The notes: generated by a model from the sequence alone, not told the origin. DNA of 63,853 nt, filler included, from Licmophora abbreviata (GCA_900291995.1; 14 parts of 14 records of this genome joined end to end with filler, not necessarily neighbours in it), one strand, 5' to 3'. Numbered from the whole stretch's first letter, positions 30,559-42,091 are shown. A program made the numbers and translations.

Positions 30559-33464
30559 ATGAGCGCCGAAATGCCCGACTACAAAGACACTTTGAACCTG
30601 CCGCAGACGGATTTCCCGATGCGCGCCGGCCTGCCCAAACGCGAACCCGAATGGCTGGAGCGGTGGGAAACCCTCGCCATCTACGACCGCCTCCGCGACC
30701 GCGCCGAGGGCCGCGCACCCTTCACCCTGCACGACGGCCCCCCTATGCCAACGGGCACCTGCATATCGGCCACGCGCTGAACAAGATCCTCAAGGACATG
30801 GTCGTGCGCAGCCAGCAGATGATGGGCCGCGACGCCCGCTACATCCCCGGCTGGGACTGCCACGGTCTGCCGATCGAATGGAAGATCGAGGAACAGTACC
30901 GCGCCAAGGGCAAGAACAAGGACGAGGTCGACGTGGTCGACTTCCGTCAGGAATGCCGTAAGTTCGCCGAAGGCTGGATCGGTATCCAGCGCGACGAGTT
31001 CAAGCGCCTCGGGATCACGGGAAAGTGGGAAAAACCCTATCTTACCATGGACTTCCGTGCCGAACGGATCATCGCCGAGGAGTTCCAGAAATTTCTTATG
31101 ACCGGCACGCTCTACCAGGGGTCCAAGCCGGTGATGTGGTCGCCCGTGGAAAAGACCGCGCTCGCCGAAGCCGAGGTCGAGTATCACGACAAGGAAAGCT
31201 TCACCATCTGGGTGAAGTTCAAGGTGCTGACCGAAGGTGATCTGCAAGGTGCAAATGTCGTCATCTGGACGACAACCCCCTGGACGATCCCGTCCAACAA
31301 GGCGGTCGTCTATGGCGACAGCTTTGCCTATGGTCTCTACGAGGTCACCGGCACGCCCGAGGAATGCTGGGCCAATGTGGGAGACCGTTTCATCCTGGCC
31401 GACAAGCTGGCCGCCGACGTGATGGCCCGCGCCCGGCTCGAGGATGGCATGTGGACCCGAGTCCGTGACGTCACCGCCAATGAGCTGTCGACCCTGTCGC
31501 TCGCTCACCCCCTCGCGGGTGCCGAAGGCGCGAACGGCGAATGGGACGATCCGCGCGATTTCCGAGCCGCCGACTTCGTCACCGACGAGGAAGGCACCGG
31601 CTTTGTCCATTGCGCGCCGTCCCACGGGATGGAGGAATTCGAGCTTTATCGCGATCTGGGAATGCTGGAACAGGTCATCACCTACAACGTGATGGATGAC
31701 GGCGGCTTCCGTGCTGACTTGCCGTTTTTCGGCGGCAAGTTCATCCTTGACCGCAAGGGCAAGGAAGGAAACGCCAACAAGGCCATCATCGACAAGCTGA
31801 TCGAAGTGGGCGGCCTTCTGGCGCGCGGCAAGATCAAGCATTCCTACCCGCATTCATGGCGCTCCAAGGCGCCGGTGATCTATCGCAACACACCGCAATG
31901 GTTCGCCGCCATCGACCGCCCTGTGGGAGATGGCCAGGATACCTACGGCAAGACGATCCGCGAACGCGCGTTGACCTCGATCGACCAGCTCGTGACATGG
32001 ACGCCGCGGACTGGGCGCAACCGGCTCTATTCGATGATCGAGGCGCGCCCTGACTGGGTGCTCAGTCGCCAGCGTGCCTGGGGTGTGCCGCTGACCTGCT
32101 TCACCAAAACCGGCGCCATGCCCAATGATCCCGATTATCTGCTGCGTGACGAAAAGGTGAATGCCCGTATCCTCGAGGCGTTTGAGGCCGAAGGAGCGGA
32201 CGCATGGTACAAGCCCGGCGCCAAGGAACGGTTCCTGGGCAATGATTACGACCCTGCCGAATGGACCAAGGTGGATGACATTCTCGATGTCTGGTTCGAC
32301 AGCGGATCGACCCACGCCTTTGTTCTGCGCGACCGCGAGGACGGCTCCGAGGATGGTCTGGCCGATCTTTATCTTGAAGGCACCGACCAGCATCGCGGCT
32401 GGTTCCATTCCTCGATGCTGCAGGCCTGTGGCACCATTGGCCGCGCGCCCTATCGCGGGGTGCTGACCCACGGTTTCACGCTGGACGAGAAGGGCAACAA
32501 GATGTCCAAGTCGCTTGGCAATACAGTCGCACCCGAGGAGGTGGTCAAGCAATATGGCGCCGATATCCTGCGGCTTTGGGTGGCGCAGTCGGACTATACC
32601 GCCGATCTGCGCATCGGCCCCGAAATCCTCAAGGGTGTGGCCGACGGCTATCGCCGCCTGCGAAACACGATGCGGTTCATGCTGGGTGCGCTTGCGCATT
32701 TCGACGAGCAGGACCGCACGGACCCGCAGGACATGCCTGAGTTGGAACAGTGGGTTCTGCACCGCCTGGCCGAATTGGATGAGGTGGTGCGCAAGGGCTA
32801 TGACGCCTATGATTTCCAAGGCGTGTTCCAGCAATTGTTCAACTTCGCCACGGTCGAGTTGAGCGCGTTCTATTTCGATATCCGCAAGGACGCGCTCTAT
32901 TGCGATGGCGACACCGCGCGCCGCCGCGCTGCACGCACCGTTTTGGATATCCTGTTCCACCGGCTGACCACCTGGCTTGCACCGGTGCTGGTCTTCACCA
33001 TGGAAGAGGTCTGGCTGGAGCGTTATCCGGGCGACGAGTCCTCGGTTCATCTGACCGACATCCCCGAAACCCCTTCCGAGTGGCGCGATGACGCGCTGGC
33101 TGCGAAATGGACCCGTGTCCGTCAGGCCCGCCGCGTGGTGACCGCCGCGCTGGAAATCCAGCGGACCGACAAGGTCATCGGCGCTAGCCTCGAAGCGGCG
33201 CCGGTGGTGCATGTGGACGACCCTGACATGCTGGCCGCGTTGAAGGCGGTCAACTTCGAGGATGTCTGCATCACCTCGGATATCGTTCTGACCGGTGATC
33301 CCGCACCCAACGAGGCGTTCCGCATGCCCGAAGTGGCAGGGCTTGGCGTGGTCTTCGAGCGGGCGATGGGCGAAAAATGCCAGCGCTGCTGGAAGATCCT
33401 GCCGGATGTGGGCGCGCACGCCCATCCTGGCACCTGCAAGCGTTGCAACGAGGCCTTGGGCTGA
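30559..33464 (+). CDS. ileS: Isoleucine--tRNA ligase; 1-nt frameshift in C-run near 30740
   Basis: '[19 protein letters not shown]', [31 protein letters not shown]-terminal CQRC..CKRC zinc finger. Confidence 0.97.
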
Positions 33465-33843
33465 GACGAACCACGCTGCGGGCGTCAGACAAGACGCCCG
33501 CAGCACGCCTGAGCCGAGAAAAGCAGCTTCGTGCCGAGCGTCTTGTCGGTGCTTTCGCGGTTTGAGCACGGTCGACATCGCGCTGCCGCTCGCATCGGTT
33601 ATTCCGTCCACATCGCGCTGCAGTCGCGCCACCACCCCACAATAAACAGGATTGAACGTATCCCGGCGCTGTCCGGGGCCAGCTGCCATGTGGCGACGTC
33701 TGATCAATCGCTGGCATACAGCGCGCTGTCGGCGTCCCCCTGCAAGCGGCGGATCGCGCTTGATATTTCCGTGCTTGCGGATGGTCGCAATTTTAAGTTA
33801 AACTTTGCATAATTTCCGGAAATAAGCGGAGTAGGGGGTAAAT

Positions 33844-34551
33844 TTGCAAGATTTCAGCGAGGCATTCCGACTGGCTTTGTCGCTTGTTTTCTCAGGCGAT
33901 TCTGACCTTGTCGAAATCGTTGCGCTTTCCCTGCAGGTGAGCCTGACCGCCACGGCGCTTGCCTGCATCATCGGTCTACCCCTTGGAGCGCTTGTCGCGA
34001 TCACCCGGTTTCCGGGGCGCAATGCTGTATTGATCCTGTTCAATGCGCTTATGGGGCTGCCGCCTGTTGTCGTCGGTCTCTTCGTCTATCTGCACCTCTC
34101 GCGCGCCGGGCCTCTGGGCTTTCTTGGGCTGCTTTACACGCCGACGGCCATGATCATCGCGCAGACGATCCTGATCACGCCGATTGTCATGGCGCTGTCG
34201 CGTCAGGTGCTCGAAGATCTCAATGCCGAATATTCCGAGCAGTTCCGCTCGCTGGTGCTGTCGCGCTGGCAGCAGGTCAGGGCGCTGATCTGGGATGCGA
34301 GGTTTTCGCTCATGACTGTGGGGCTTGCGGGCTTTGGTCGCGCCGTTGCCGAAGTCGGCGCGGTCATGATCGTCGGAGGTAATATCGATCATCTGACCCG
34401 GGTCATGACCACGGCTATCGCGCTGGAGACATCCAAAGGTGATCTGGCCTTGGCACTAGCGCTTGGTCTGGTGCTGATGGTGATCGCCCTTGGCGTGAAT
34501 GCAATGGTCCAATCCCTGCGCATGACGGCTGTGCGCCATGCCTATGCGTGA
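33844..34551 (+). CDS. tupB: Tungstate ABC transporter permease
   Basis: 'NALMGLPPVVVGL', 'GFGRAVAEVGAVMIVGGNI', 'TRVMTTAIALETSKG'; TTG start. Confidence 0.88.
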   Translation: MQDFSEAFRLALSLVFSGDSDLVEIVALSLQVSLTATALACIIGLPLGALVAITRFPGRNAVLILFNALMGLPPVVVGLFVYLHLSRAGPLGFLGLLYTPTAMIIAQTILITPIVMALSRQVLEDLNAEYSEQFRSLVLSRWQQVRALIWDARFSLMTVGLAGFGRAVAEVGAVMIVGGNIDHLTRVMTTAIALETSKGDLALALALGLVLMVIALGVNAMVQSLRMTAVRHAYA

Positions 34552-35320
34552 TGTTGCTTTGCATACCGAGGTGAGCCGCGACGCGCACGATGCCGCTGCT
34601 TCGCAGATGGTGCCGGACATCCGGGCCTTGACCACAAGCGATCTGAGTTTGACGATCGACCAGAAGCCTTTGATCCGAGACGTGACCCTGTCCTTGTCAC
34701 CGGACGGGATCACCATGGTCATGGGGCCGAACGGGGCGGGGAAATCCCTGTTGCTCCGCCTGATCCACGGATTGATCCCGCCAAGTTCGGGGCATGTTCA
34801 CTGGGGCGGGCGGACACTCTCGGATGATCTGAGGCGCGATCAGTCGATGGTGTTCCAGAAACCCATTGTGCTGCGCAGATCCGTGGCGGCCAACGTGGAT
34901 TTTGCACTGAAGGCGCGCGGCGTCCGGGATCCGGCACGCCGGGATGCGCTTTTGGATCATGTGGGTCTTCTGGATCATGCCCGTCAGCCCGCGCGCCTGT
35001 TATCCGGGGGCGAACAGCAAAGGCTTGCGCTGGCGCGGGCCCTGGCGACCGAGCCGAAGGTCATGCTGATGGATGAGCCCACGGCAAGCCTTGATCCTGC
35101 ATCCGTTCTGAAGATCGAACAGATCGTTCAGGAGGCACGCGCCAAAGGCACCAAGATCATTTTCGTGACCCATGATCTTGGTCAGGCCGGGCGTCTGGCT
35201 GATGATGTCATCTTCATGAACCGGGGCCGGCTGCACGAATATGGCCCCGCGGACCTGTTCCTGTCCCGACCCGAGACGCAGGAGGCGCGTGACTTCCTGC
35301 AGGGCCGGATTGTCGTCTGA
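34538..35320 (+). CDS. tupC: Tungstate ABC transporter ATP-binding protein
   Basis: GPNGAGKS, LSGGEQQR, DEPTASLDP; lies between tupB and tupA. Confidence 0.85.
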   Translation: MPMRDVALHTEVSRDAHDAAASQMVPDIRALTTSDLSLTIDQKPLIRDVTLSLSPDGITMVMGPNGAGKSLLLRLIHGLIPPSSGHVHWGGRTLSDDLRRDQSMVFQKPIVLRRSVAANVDFALKARGVRDPARRDALLDHVGLLDHARQPARLLSGGEQQRLALARALATEPKVMLMDEPTASLDPASVLKIEQIVQEARAKGTKIIFVTHDLGQAGRLADDVIFMNRGRLHEYGPADLFLSRPETQEARDFLQGRIVV

Positions 35321-35352
35321 TCACCACTCAATACCAAAGGGAGACCTATCTC

Positions 35353-36174
35353 ATGACGTTCAAGACACGTATCCTCGCAACCACCGCACTCGTGGCTGGT
35401 ATCGCCGCTTCAGGCGTGGCGGCGCAGGAGCAGTCGATCATCGTGCAATCCACGACCTCGACGGCCAATTCCGGGCTTTACGATCACTTGCTTCCGATCT
35501 TCACGCAAGAGACGGGCATTGCGGTCAATGTGGTCGCGGTCGGCACGGGACAAGCGATCAAGAACGCCGCCAATTGCGACGGGGATGTCTTGCTGGTCCA
35601 CGCCAAGTCCGCCGAGGAGAAATTCGTCTCTGATGGTTTCGGTGTGGAACGCTTCGACCTGATGTACAACGATTTCGTCATTGTCGGCCCCGATGAGGAC
35701 CCGGCCGGCGTGAGCGGGATGCAGGATGTTCAGGCAAGTCTCGAGAAGATCGCCTCCAGTGGTGCGGTCTTTGCTTCGCGCGGCGACGATTCAGGTACAC
35801 ACAAGAAGGAAATGAGCCTCTGGTCCTCTACAGGCGTCGATCCCACGTCGGGATCGGGTGCCTGGTATCGGGAAACCGGATCGGGCATGGGGGCCACGCT
35901 CAACGTGGCTGTGGGCATGGATGCCTATGCGATGACGGATCGCGCCACCTGGATCAGCTTCGAGAACAAGTCCGACTTCGAGATCCAGGTCGAAGGCGAT
36001 GAGGATCTCTTCAATCAATATGGTGTGATCCTCGTCAATCCGGCGAAATGCGAGAACGTGAATGCCGAGGCTGGTCAGGCCTTTGTCGACTGGGTGATCT
36101 CGGATGCCGGTCAGGCCGCAATCGCGTCGTATCAATTGAATGGTCAGCAGCTCTTTTTCCCAAATGCGGATTAA
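35353..36174 (+). CDS. tupA: Tungstate ABC transporter substrate-binding protein
   Basis: Signal peptide; 'STTSTANSGL', 'VGTGQA', 'LMYNDFVIVGP', 'SRGDDSGTH', 'TDRATW'. Confidence 0.9.
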   Translation: MTFKTRILATTALVAGIAASGVAAQEQSIIVQSTTSTANSGLYDHLLPIFTQETGIAVNVVAVGTGQAIKNAANCDGDVLLVHAKSAEEKFVSDGFGVERFDLMYNDFVIVGPDEDPAGVSGMQDVQASLEKIASSGAVFASRGDDSGTHKKEMSLWSSTGVDPTSGSGAWYRETGSGMGATLNVAVGMDAYAMTDRATWISFENKSDFEIQVEGDEDLFNQYGVILVNPAKCENVNAEAGQAFVDWVISDAGQAAIASYQLNGQQLFFPNAD

Positions 36175-36247
36175 CCTCGTAGATTGACCATTTGGGCTGC
36201 GCCGGCACTTGTCGGCGCGGCCATCCTGAGGGATGATCGCACCGGAG

Positions 36248-37150
36248 ATGCCGATGAACGATCACCCCGAGCTGACACAACATGAATTTCTGACCGTGCG
36301 CGAACTCGCCGAGTTGCTGCGCATCAAGGAGCGCAAGGTCTATGATCTTGCCGCATCGGGCGATGTGCCGGTGTCGCGTGCGACGGGCAAGCTGCTGTTT
36401 CCCCGCCGAGAGATCGAAGCATGGATCGCAAATGCCAGCAGCGGCGGCGCGACCAGGGACTCCGGACCCAGGCCGGCGATCTGTCTTGGCAGTCACGACC
36501 CGCTGCTGGAATGGGCGATCCGACAATCGCGCTGCGGGCTGGCGTCTTTCTTCGAAGGAAGTATGGATGGGTTGAACCGGTTCTGTGCCGGCGAGGGTGT
36601 GATGGCAGGGCTGCATCTTCATGACGAAGGCAGCGGCGAATGGAACCTGGCACATGTCGCCAATCTCTGTTCGGGCGAGAACGCGGTGCTGGTGTCATGG
36701 GCGCGACGATCCAGAGGGCTGGTGCTTCGCCCGGGCTTGGAGAGGGACGTGACGGGGCTTTCCGATCTGGCGGGACGTATTTTCATCCCGCGCCAGAAAG
36801 ATACCGGCACGCAAAGGCTGTTCGAGACGCTTGCGGCAGACGCGGGACTGTCCTTGCAGGATTTGCGCGTCACCGACACGGCGCCAAGTGAAACTGATTC
36901 CGTGATTGCCGTGGCCGAAGGGCTTGCAGACGCGACCTTCGGGCTCGAGGCGCTGGCGCGGCAGTACAGCCTGCCTTTCGTTCCGGTGATCGAGGAACGC
37001 TTTGATCTGCTGGTGGACCGTCGCTCGTGGTTTGAGCCGCAAATGCAACGGCTGCTTGCATTCTGCCGCAGTGACAGTTTCCAGTCCCACGCCGGTCATA
37101 TGGCGGGATACCGGCTTGAGGATTTGGGTGCGGTGCTCTGGAACGCCTGA
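36248..37150 (+). CDS. Excisionase-type HTH plus periplasmic-binding-fold (molybdate/tungstate-type) transcriptional regulator
   Basis: 'FLTVRELAELLRIKERKVYDL', 'GKLLFPR', 'GSHDPLLEW', 'EERFDL'; start uncertain (36233/36248/36254). Confidence 0.8.
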   Translation: MPMNDHPELTQHEFLTVRELAELLRIKERKVYDLAASGDVPVSRATGKLLFPRREIEAWIANASSGGATRDSGPRPAICLGSHDPLLEWAIRQSRCGLASFFEGSMDGLNRFCAGEGVMAGLHLHDEGSGEWNLAHVANLCSGENAVLVSWARRSRGLVLRPGLERDVTGLSDLAGRIFIPRQKDTGTQRLFETLAADAGLSLQDLRVTDTAPSETDSVIAVAEGLADATFGLEALARQYSLPFVPVIEERFDLLVDRRSWFEPQMQRLLAFCRSDSFQSHAGHMAGYRLEDLGAVLWNA

Positions 37151-37174
37151 GCGGGGCGTGCGCACCTGTCCGGA

Positions 37175-37861
37175 TCAGCTTTTCACGCGGATCGATGTCA
37201 ATTTCTGCAGAAGATGATCTCGCATCAACCGACTGGTGGTTTCGGCGTCGCGGGCCGAGAGGGCCTTTGCGATGGCTTCATGCTCTTCGACCGCGGCGCG
37301 CCAGCGCTGTGGGGTGAGGTTCGCCTGATACCGCGCCCGTTGAACCCGGTGGGCCAGAAGCTCGTGTGACTTGATCAGAGTGTCATTGCCTGAAGCGGCA
37401 AGAATTTCATGATGTATGGCCTGATTGATCCGGAAATACCTGGGCCGGTCGGTTTGAGCATAGGATTGGCGCAACTCTTCCGTCATCGCGGTGATCTGCG
37501 CCAATTCGGCATCGCTGGCCACCTGCGCAGTCAGTTCTCCGGCCAAACCCTCAAGTGCTGCGAGAACATGGAAGACTTCGGCAATCTCTGCCTCGCTTTG
37601 ACGGGTGATGACCGCTCCGCGATGCGGGATCAGTTCCAGCAAGCCTTCGGCGGCCAGCACCTTGAGCGCCTCGCGCAGTGGCGTGCGAGAGACGCCGAAC
37701 TGCGTGGTGAGAGCCTTTTCGTTGATCTTTTCGCCGGGCTGCATGACCCCTTCAAGGATCATCTGTCGCAGCCTGTTGGTGATTTCAACGGCCAGCGCGG
37801 TGCGCCCGATCGGATCTGGTTTCAACTGGCTCATTTCGGGCTCTTGCTGGTTGCTACTCAC
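37175..37861 (-). CDS. GntR (FCD subfamily) transcriptional regulator
   Basis: 'GVSRTPLREALKVLAAEGL', FCD 'INQAIH', 'AVEEHEAI'; alternative start 37834. Confidence 0.9.
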   Translation of the reverse strand: MSSNQQEPEMSQLKPDPIGRTALAVEITNRLRQMILEGVMQPGEKINEKALTTQFGVSRTPLREALKVLAAEGLLELIPHRGAVITRQSEAEIAEVFHVLAALEGLAGELTAQVASDAELAQITAMTEELRQSYAQTDRPRYFRINQAIHHEILAASGNDTLIKSHELLAHRVQRARYQANLTPQRWRAAVEEHEAIAKALSARDAETTSRLMRDHLLQKLTSIRVKS

Positions 37862-37862
37862 C

Positions 37863-40793
37863 TCATCCCCCGTCTTTTACCGCATTTTGCGACGCCCTGT
37901 CGAAAACTTCCGCGATATGCAGGGGATGACGCCCCGTGCCATCGCAAATCTGGTGGCGGCACGAGGTACCGTTGGCCACGATCAGGTCATCCGCCGCAGC
38001 CTCGCGCACGGCAGGCAGCAGTGACAGCTCTCCCATGCGGATCGACACGTCATAGGTGTCTGCGCCATAGCCAAAGGCACCAGCCATGCCACAGCAGCTG
38101 CTTTCGATCGTCTGCGAGTCGAGACCGGGAACAAGCGCCAGGGCCGCATCCATGTCCGACATCACGCCTGCTGCCTTCTGGTGGCAATGGCCGTGCACGC
38201 GTGCGGATTTGCCGGGGGATGCCATCGGCAGATCAAAGCGGCCAGCCTTGGCCTCGCGGGCGATGAATTCCTCGAACAGAAGGGCGTTTTCGGACAGAGC
38301 CTTGGCCTCTTCGCCCGGCAACAGGGTCAGGAACTCGTCGCGAAGGGTCAGCAGGCAGGACGGCTCCAGCCCGACGATGGGCACACCTGCGCGCACATGC
38401 GGCATCAGCGCTTGAAGCGTCCTGCGCGCTTCGGCGCGGGCCTTGTCGATCATGCCAGCGGCAAGATAGGTGCGCCCGCAACACAAGGGGCGGCCCGGCG
38501 CATCGGCGGCGATCACGTCGTATCCCGCGCGTGTCAGGACGTTCAGGGCAGCGCGGGGAATTCCCGGCTCCATCCAGCGATTGAAGGTGTCGGTGAACAG
38601 AAGAACCTTCCCCTTGGAGGCTTGGCCCGCCGTTTGACCGATCTCGGCGTCGCGAAAGAAATCGCCGCGAAATTCGGGCAGGCTCCGCTGGCGGGCCAAA
38701 CCGAACAGCTTCTCCCCAAGGGCCGCCAATGCAGGCACTTTATTTCGCAGGCGGATGAACCCCCGCAGCGCTACGGCCAACCGCGCATATCGCGGCATCT
38801 CGGCGATCAGGCGCTCGCGGCGGCCATAGCCCAGTTTCTGCCCGCGCTGATACAGCACCTCGGTCTTCATCGTGGCCATGTCGACCCCGGTCGGGCATTC
38901 GCGTTTGCACGCCTTGCAGCCGACACAAAGCTTCATCGTCTCGGCCATCTCGTCCGAGAACAGCGCATCCTTGCCAAGCCGTCCAGACAGCGCCAGCCGA
39001 AGAGTATTTGCCCGGCCACGTGTCACGTCGCGTTCATCGCGGGTCACCCTGTAGCTGGGGCACATCGCGCCACCCTTGAGCTTGCGGCAGGCGCCATTGT
39101 TGTTGCACATCTCGACGGCGCCCTGAAATCCGCCGCCTTTCCCGGGCCATGCCGACCAGTCATGCCCGGTCTTGACGTCGTCAAAGCTGTAATCGGGCGG
39201 GTACCGCATCAGGCTGCGATCATCCATCTTGGGCGCATGAACGATCTTGCCGGGGTTCAGGCGGCTTTCCGGGTCGAAAGCGGCCTTGACCTCTTCGAAA
39301 GCCGCAAGGATGCGCGGTCCGAACATCTTGCCGTGAAACTCCGAGCGCACGATCCCGTCGCCATGTTCACCCGAATGCGAACCCTTGTAGGCGCTGACCA
39401 TGTCGAATGCGGCTTCGGCGATCTCGCGCATGGCGCGAACGTCCTTTTCGAGCTTGAGGTTCAGCACGGGCCGCACATGCAGACAGCCTTCCGAGGCATG
39501 GGCATACCATGTGCCCTCGGTGCCGTGACTATGGAACACCTCGGTCAGCCGGTCGGTGTAATCAGCCAGATGCTCAAGCGGGACGGCGCAATCCTCGACG
39601 AAGGAGACGGGTTTGCCCTCGTCCTTCATCGACATCATGATGTTGAGCCCCGCCTTACGCAATTCGCCGATATCGGCGGCAAGGTTCATGTCCCAAACCT
39701 CGACCACGCCGCCTTCGCGCTCTGCACCTTTGCCGAAGCCGTATCCGAGATCCGACATGGTATCCTGCAATCGACGCATGTTTTCTTCGTTCTCGGCCTG
39801 GCTGTCGGCGAATTCGACGAACAGCATCGCGGCAGGCGCCCCGCGAACGAACTCTTCCAGCGTCTTCGCGTAGATCGGGATCGACCGTGCCAGCCCGATC
39901 ATCGTACTGTCCACAAGTTCGACCGATGTCGGCGCAAGCCCGACCAGAGGCTTGGCCGCCTCCATCGCGGCGCGGAACGTCGGGAAGTGGCACACGCCGA
40001 GAACGCGTGTCTTGGAAGGCAGCGGTGAGAGTTTGATCTCGATTGAGGTGGACAGGGCCAGCGTCCCTTCCGAGCCGATCAGCAGATGCGCAAGGTTGAT
40101 CGGCCGTTCTCCGGGCACCAATGCGTCGATGTTGTAGCCACCGACACGGCGCTGCACCTGTGGGAAACGTTCGGCGATTTCGAGGGCCTCCCTTGCGCCC
40201 AAGTCCAGCATTTGCCGTAGCAGGGTTTCGGGCACGCGGTTGCCGCTTCCGGGGCCGAAATCGAACGGTGTTCCATCTGCCAGAAGCCCTTCGATCCGGT
40301 CGACATTGTCTCGCGTCGTGCCATAGCGAAGCGAACGTGAGCCACAGGAGTTATTGCCGACCATCCCGCCGATCGTCGCGCGCGAAGCGGTCGAGACATC
40401 CACCGGAAACCAGAGCCCGTGGGGTTTGAGCTGACGGTTGAGGTCATCCAGAACGATCCCCGGCTCCACAACGGCGCGCCGTCCGTCGACATCGAGTTCG
40501 AGTATGCGGTTGAGATGTTTCGAACAGTCGACAACCAGCCCGGAATTGACCGTCTGTCCGCATTGCGACGTGCCGCCGCCGCGCATGGTGATGGGAATGC
40601 CCGCGTCGCGTGCCGCATCAAGTGCTGCCGCCACATCATCCGCAGATTTGGGAATCACCACGCCGGCCGGCATGATCTGGTATATGGATGCGTCCGTGGC
40701 ATAGCGCCCACGGGAAAAGGGATCGACCAGAACCTCGCCCCGAACCTCACGCGCCAAATAAGCCAAGGTCTTTTCTTTCAACATTCCATCCAT
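37863..40793 (-). CDS. FAD-binding / 4Fe-4S oxidoreductase (GlcD-GlcF fusion, YdiJ-like 2-hydroxyacid dehydrogenase)
   Basis: 'RGGGTSQCGQ', 'GSEGTL', 'SGEHGDG', 'CNNNGACRK', 'CVGCKACKRECP', CCG motifs. Confidence 0.88.
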   Translation of the reverse strand: MDGMLKEKTLAYLAREVRGEVLVDPFSRGRYATDASIYQIMPAGVVIPKSADDVAAALDAARDAGIPITMRGGGTSQCGQTVNSGLVVDCSKHLNRILELDVDGRRAVVEPGIVLDDLNRQLKPHGLWFPVDVSTASRATIGGMVGNNSCGSRSLRYGTTRDNVDRIEGLLADGTPFDFGPGSGNRVPETLLRQMLDLGAREALEIAERFPQVQRRVGGYNIDALVPGERPINLAHLLIGSEGTLALSTSIEIKLSPLPSKTRVLGVCHFPTFRAAMEAAKPLVGLAPTSVELVDSTMIGLARSIPIYAKTLEEFVRGAPAAMLFVEFADSQAENEENMRRLQDTMSDLGYGFGKGAEREGGVVEVWDMNLAADIGELRKAGLNIMMSMKDEGKPVSFVEDCAVPLEHLADYTDRLTEVFHSHGTEGTWYAHASEGCLHVRPVLNLKLEKDVRAMREIAEAAFDMVSAYKGSHSGEHGDGIVRSEFHGKMFGPRILAAFEEVKAAFDPESRLNPGKIVHAPKMDDRSLMRYPPDYSFDDVKTGHDWSAWPGKGGGFQGAVEMCNNNGACRKLKGGAMCPSYRVTRDERDVTRGRANTLRLALSGRLGKDALFSDEMAETMKLCVGCKACKRECPTGVDMATMKTEVLYQRGQKLGYGRRERLIAEMPRYARLAVALRGFIRLRNKVPALAALGEKLFGLARQRSLPEFRGDFFRDAEIGQTAGQASKGKVLLFTDTFNRWMEPGIPRAALNVLTRAGYDVIAADAPGRPLCCGRTYLAAGMIDKARAEARRTLQALMPHVRAGVPIVGLEPSCLLTLRDEFLTLLPGEEAKALSENALLFEEFIAREAKAGRFDLPMASPGKSARVHGHCHQKAAGVMSDMDAALALVPGLDSQTIESSCCGMAGAFGYGADTYDVSIRMGELSLLPAVREAAADDLIVANGTSCRHQICDGTGRHPLHIAEVFDRASQNAVKDGG

Positions 40794-40818
40794 TCCCGCA
40801 AAAATATTTCGTGACGTC

Positions 40819-40845
40819 TTGACATAATATTGAATTCATAATTCA
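40819..40845. promoter_or_regulatory. TTGACA -35 element next to a palindromic operator in a divergent promoter
   Basis: TTGACA 40819-40824; TGAATT-CAT-AATTCA 40831-40845; likely the site of the adjacent GntR (inferred). Confidence 0.55.
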
Positions 40846-40906
40846 CTTCAACACAATTCACGAGCCTGCAATGCCGGGCTTTGACGTTATTCGGGAGAAC
40901 GACCAC

Positions 40907-42091
40907 ATGACTGCCGGCCGCCATTTTCTTCAAATCCCTGGCCCATCCAATGTCCCTGACCGCATTTTGCGCGCCATGGATTATCCGACAATGGATCATC
41001 GTGGTCCCGCTTTTGCAGATGTGGGCCGCAAGGCGCTTGAAGGTATGAAGTCGATCTTCAAGACCGAGTCGCGCGTCGTCATTTACCCGTCTTCTGGAAC
41101 CGGCGCTTGGGAAGCCGCCTTGGTGAACACGCTGTCGGCGGGCGATACCGTGCTGATGTACGAGACCGGTCATTTCGCGACCCTGTGGAAAAAGCTGGCG
41201 GAGAAACTGGGTCTCAATCCTGTATTCATCGAGGGCGACTGGCGCGGGGGTGCCGATGCCGACGCGATCGAAGCCCGTCTGCGGGACGACAAGACCCATG
41301 AGATCAAGGCTGTTTGCGTCGTGCACAATGAAACCTCGACCGGTGCGGTGACACCGGTTGCGAAGGTGCGCAAGGCAATCGACGCCGCAGGACATCCCGC
41401 GCTGTTGATGGCGGACACGATTTCGTCGCTGGCATCGGTCGATTTCCGCCATGACGAATGGGGCGTGGACGTGACGGTATCGGGCTCACAAAAGGGTCTG
41501 ATGTTGCCGCCTGGCCTGTCTTTCAACGCCATCAGCGAGAAGGCTGTGAAGGCGGCGGAAACAGCCGGTCTCAAGCATTCCTATTGGAGCTGGGATGAAA
41601 TGGCCGGTCCGAACGAGACGGGCTACTTCCCGTATACCCCGGCGACCAATCTGCTCTATGGCCTGAATGAAGCCATCGACATGCTGCACGAAGAGGGGCT
41701 GGATAACGTCTTTGCCCGCCACAAGCGCCACGCCGAAGCGACACGCGCCGCGGTAGAGGCCTGGGGTCTCGAAGTGCTCTGCAAGGTACCCGAACATCGC
41801 TCGCCGGTTCTGACCGCTGTGATGGTTCCCGAAGGCCACTCTGCTGATCGGTTCCGTTCGGTGACCTTGCAGAATTACGACATGTCGCTCGGCAATGGTC
41901 TGTCCAAGGTCGCTGACCGGGTGTTCCGTATCGGTCATCTGGGTGATTTCAACGACCTGATGCTGTGCGGCACCCTTTCGGGTGTGGAAATGGGACTGCG
42001 CGATGCCGGTGTCCCGCACAGGGCAGGGGGCGTTCAAGCGGCGCTTGATGTGCTCGGGCGTAAATTTGGCGCCGAACGCGCTGCGGCGTGA
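40907..42091 (+). CDS. Class V PLP aminotransferase, serine--glyoxylate aminotransferase-like
   Basis: 'GRHFLQIPGPSNVP', 'SSGTGAWEAA', 'VHNETSTG', 'SGSQKGLMLPPG', 'FRIGHLG'. Confidence 0.9.
   Translation: MTAGRHFLQIPGPSNVPDRILRAMDYPTMDHRGPAFADVGRKALEGMKSIFKTESRVVIYPSSGTGAWEAALVNTLSAGDTVLMYETGHFATLWKKLAEKLGLNPVFIEGDWRGGADADAIEARLRDDKTHEIKAVCVVHNETSTGAVTPVAKVRKAIDAAGHPALLMADTISSLASVDFRHDEWGVDVTVSGSQKGLMLPPGLSFNAISEKAVKAAETAGLKHSYWSWDEMAGPNETGYFPYTPATNLLYGLNEAIDMLHEEGLDNVFARHKRHAEATRAAVEAWGLEVLCKVPEHRSPVLTAVMVPEGHSADRFRSVTLQNYDMSLGNGLSKVADRVFRIGHLGDFNDLMLCGTLSGVEMGLRDAGVPHRAGGVQAALDVLGRKFGAERAAA

Noticed and set aside
36248..36430. Excisionase-like HTH as evidence of a prophage
   Set aside because: It is the DNA-binding domain fused to an oxyanion-binding fold beside tupBCA; no phage genes are present.
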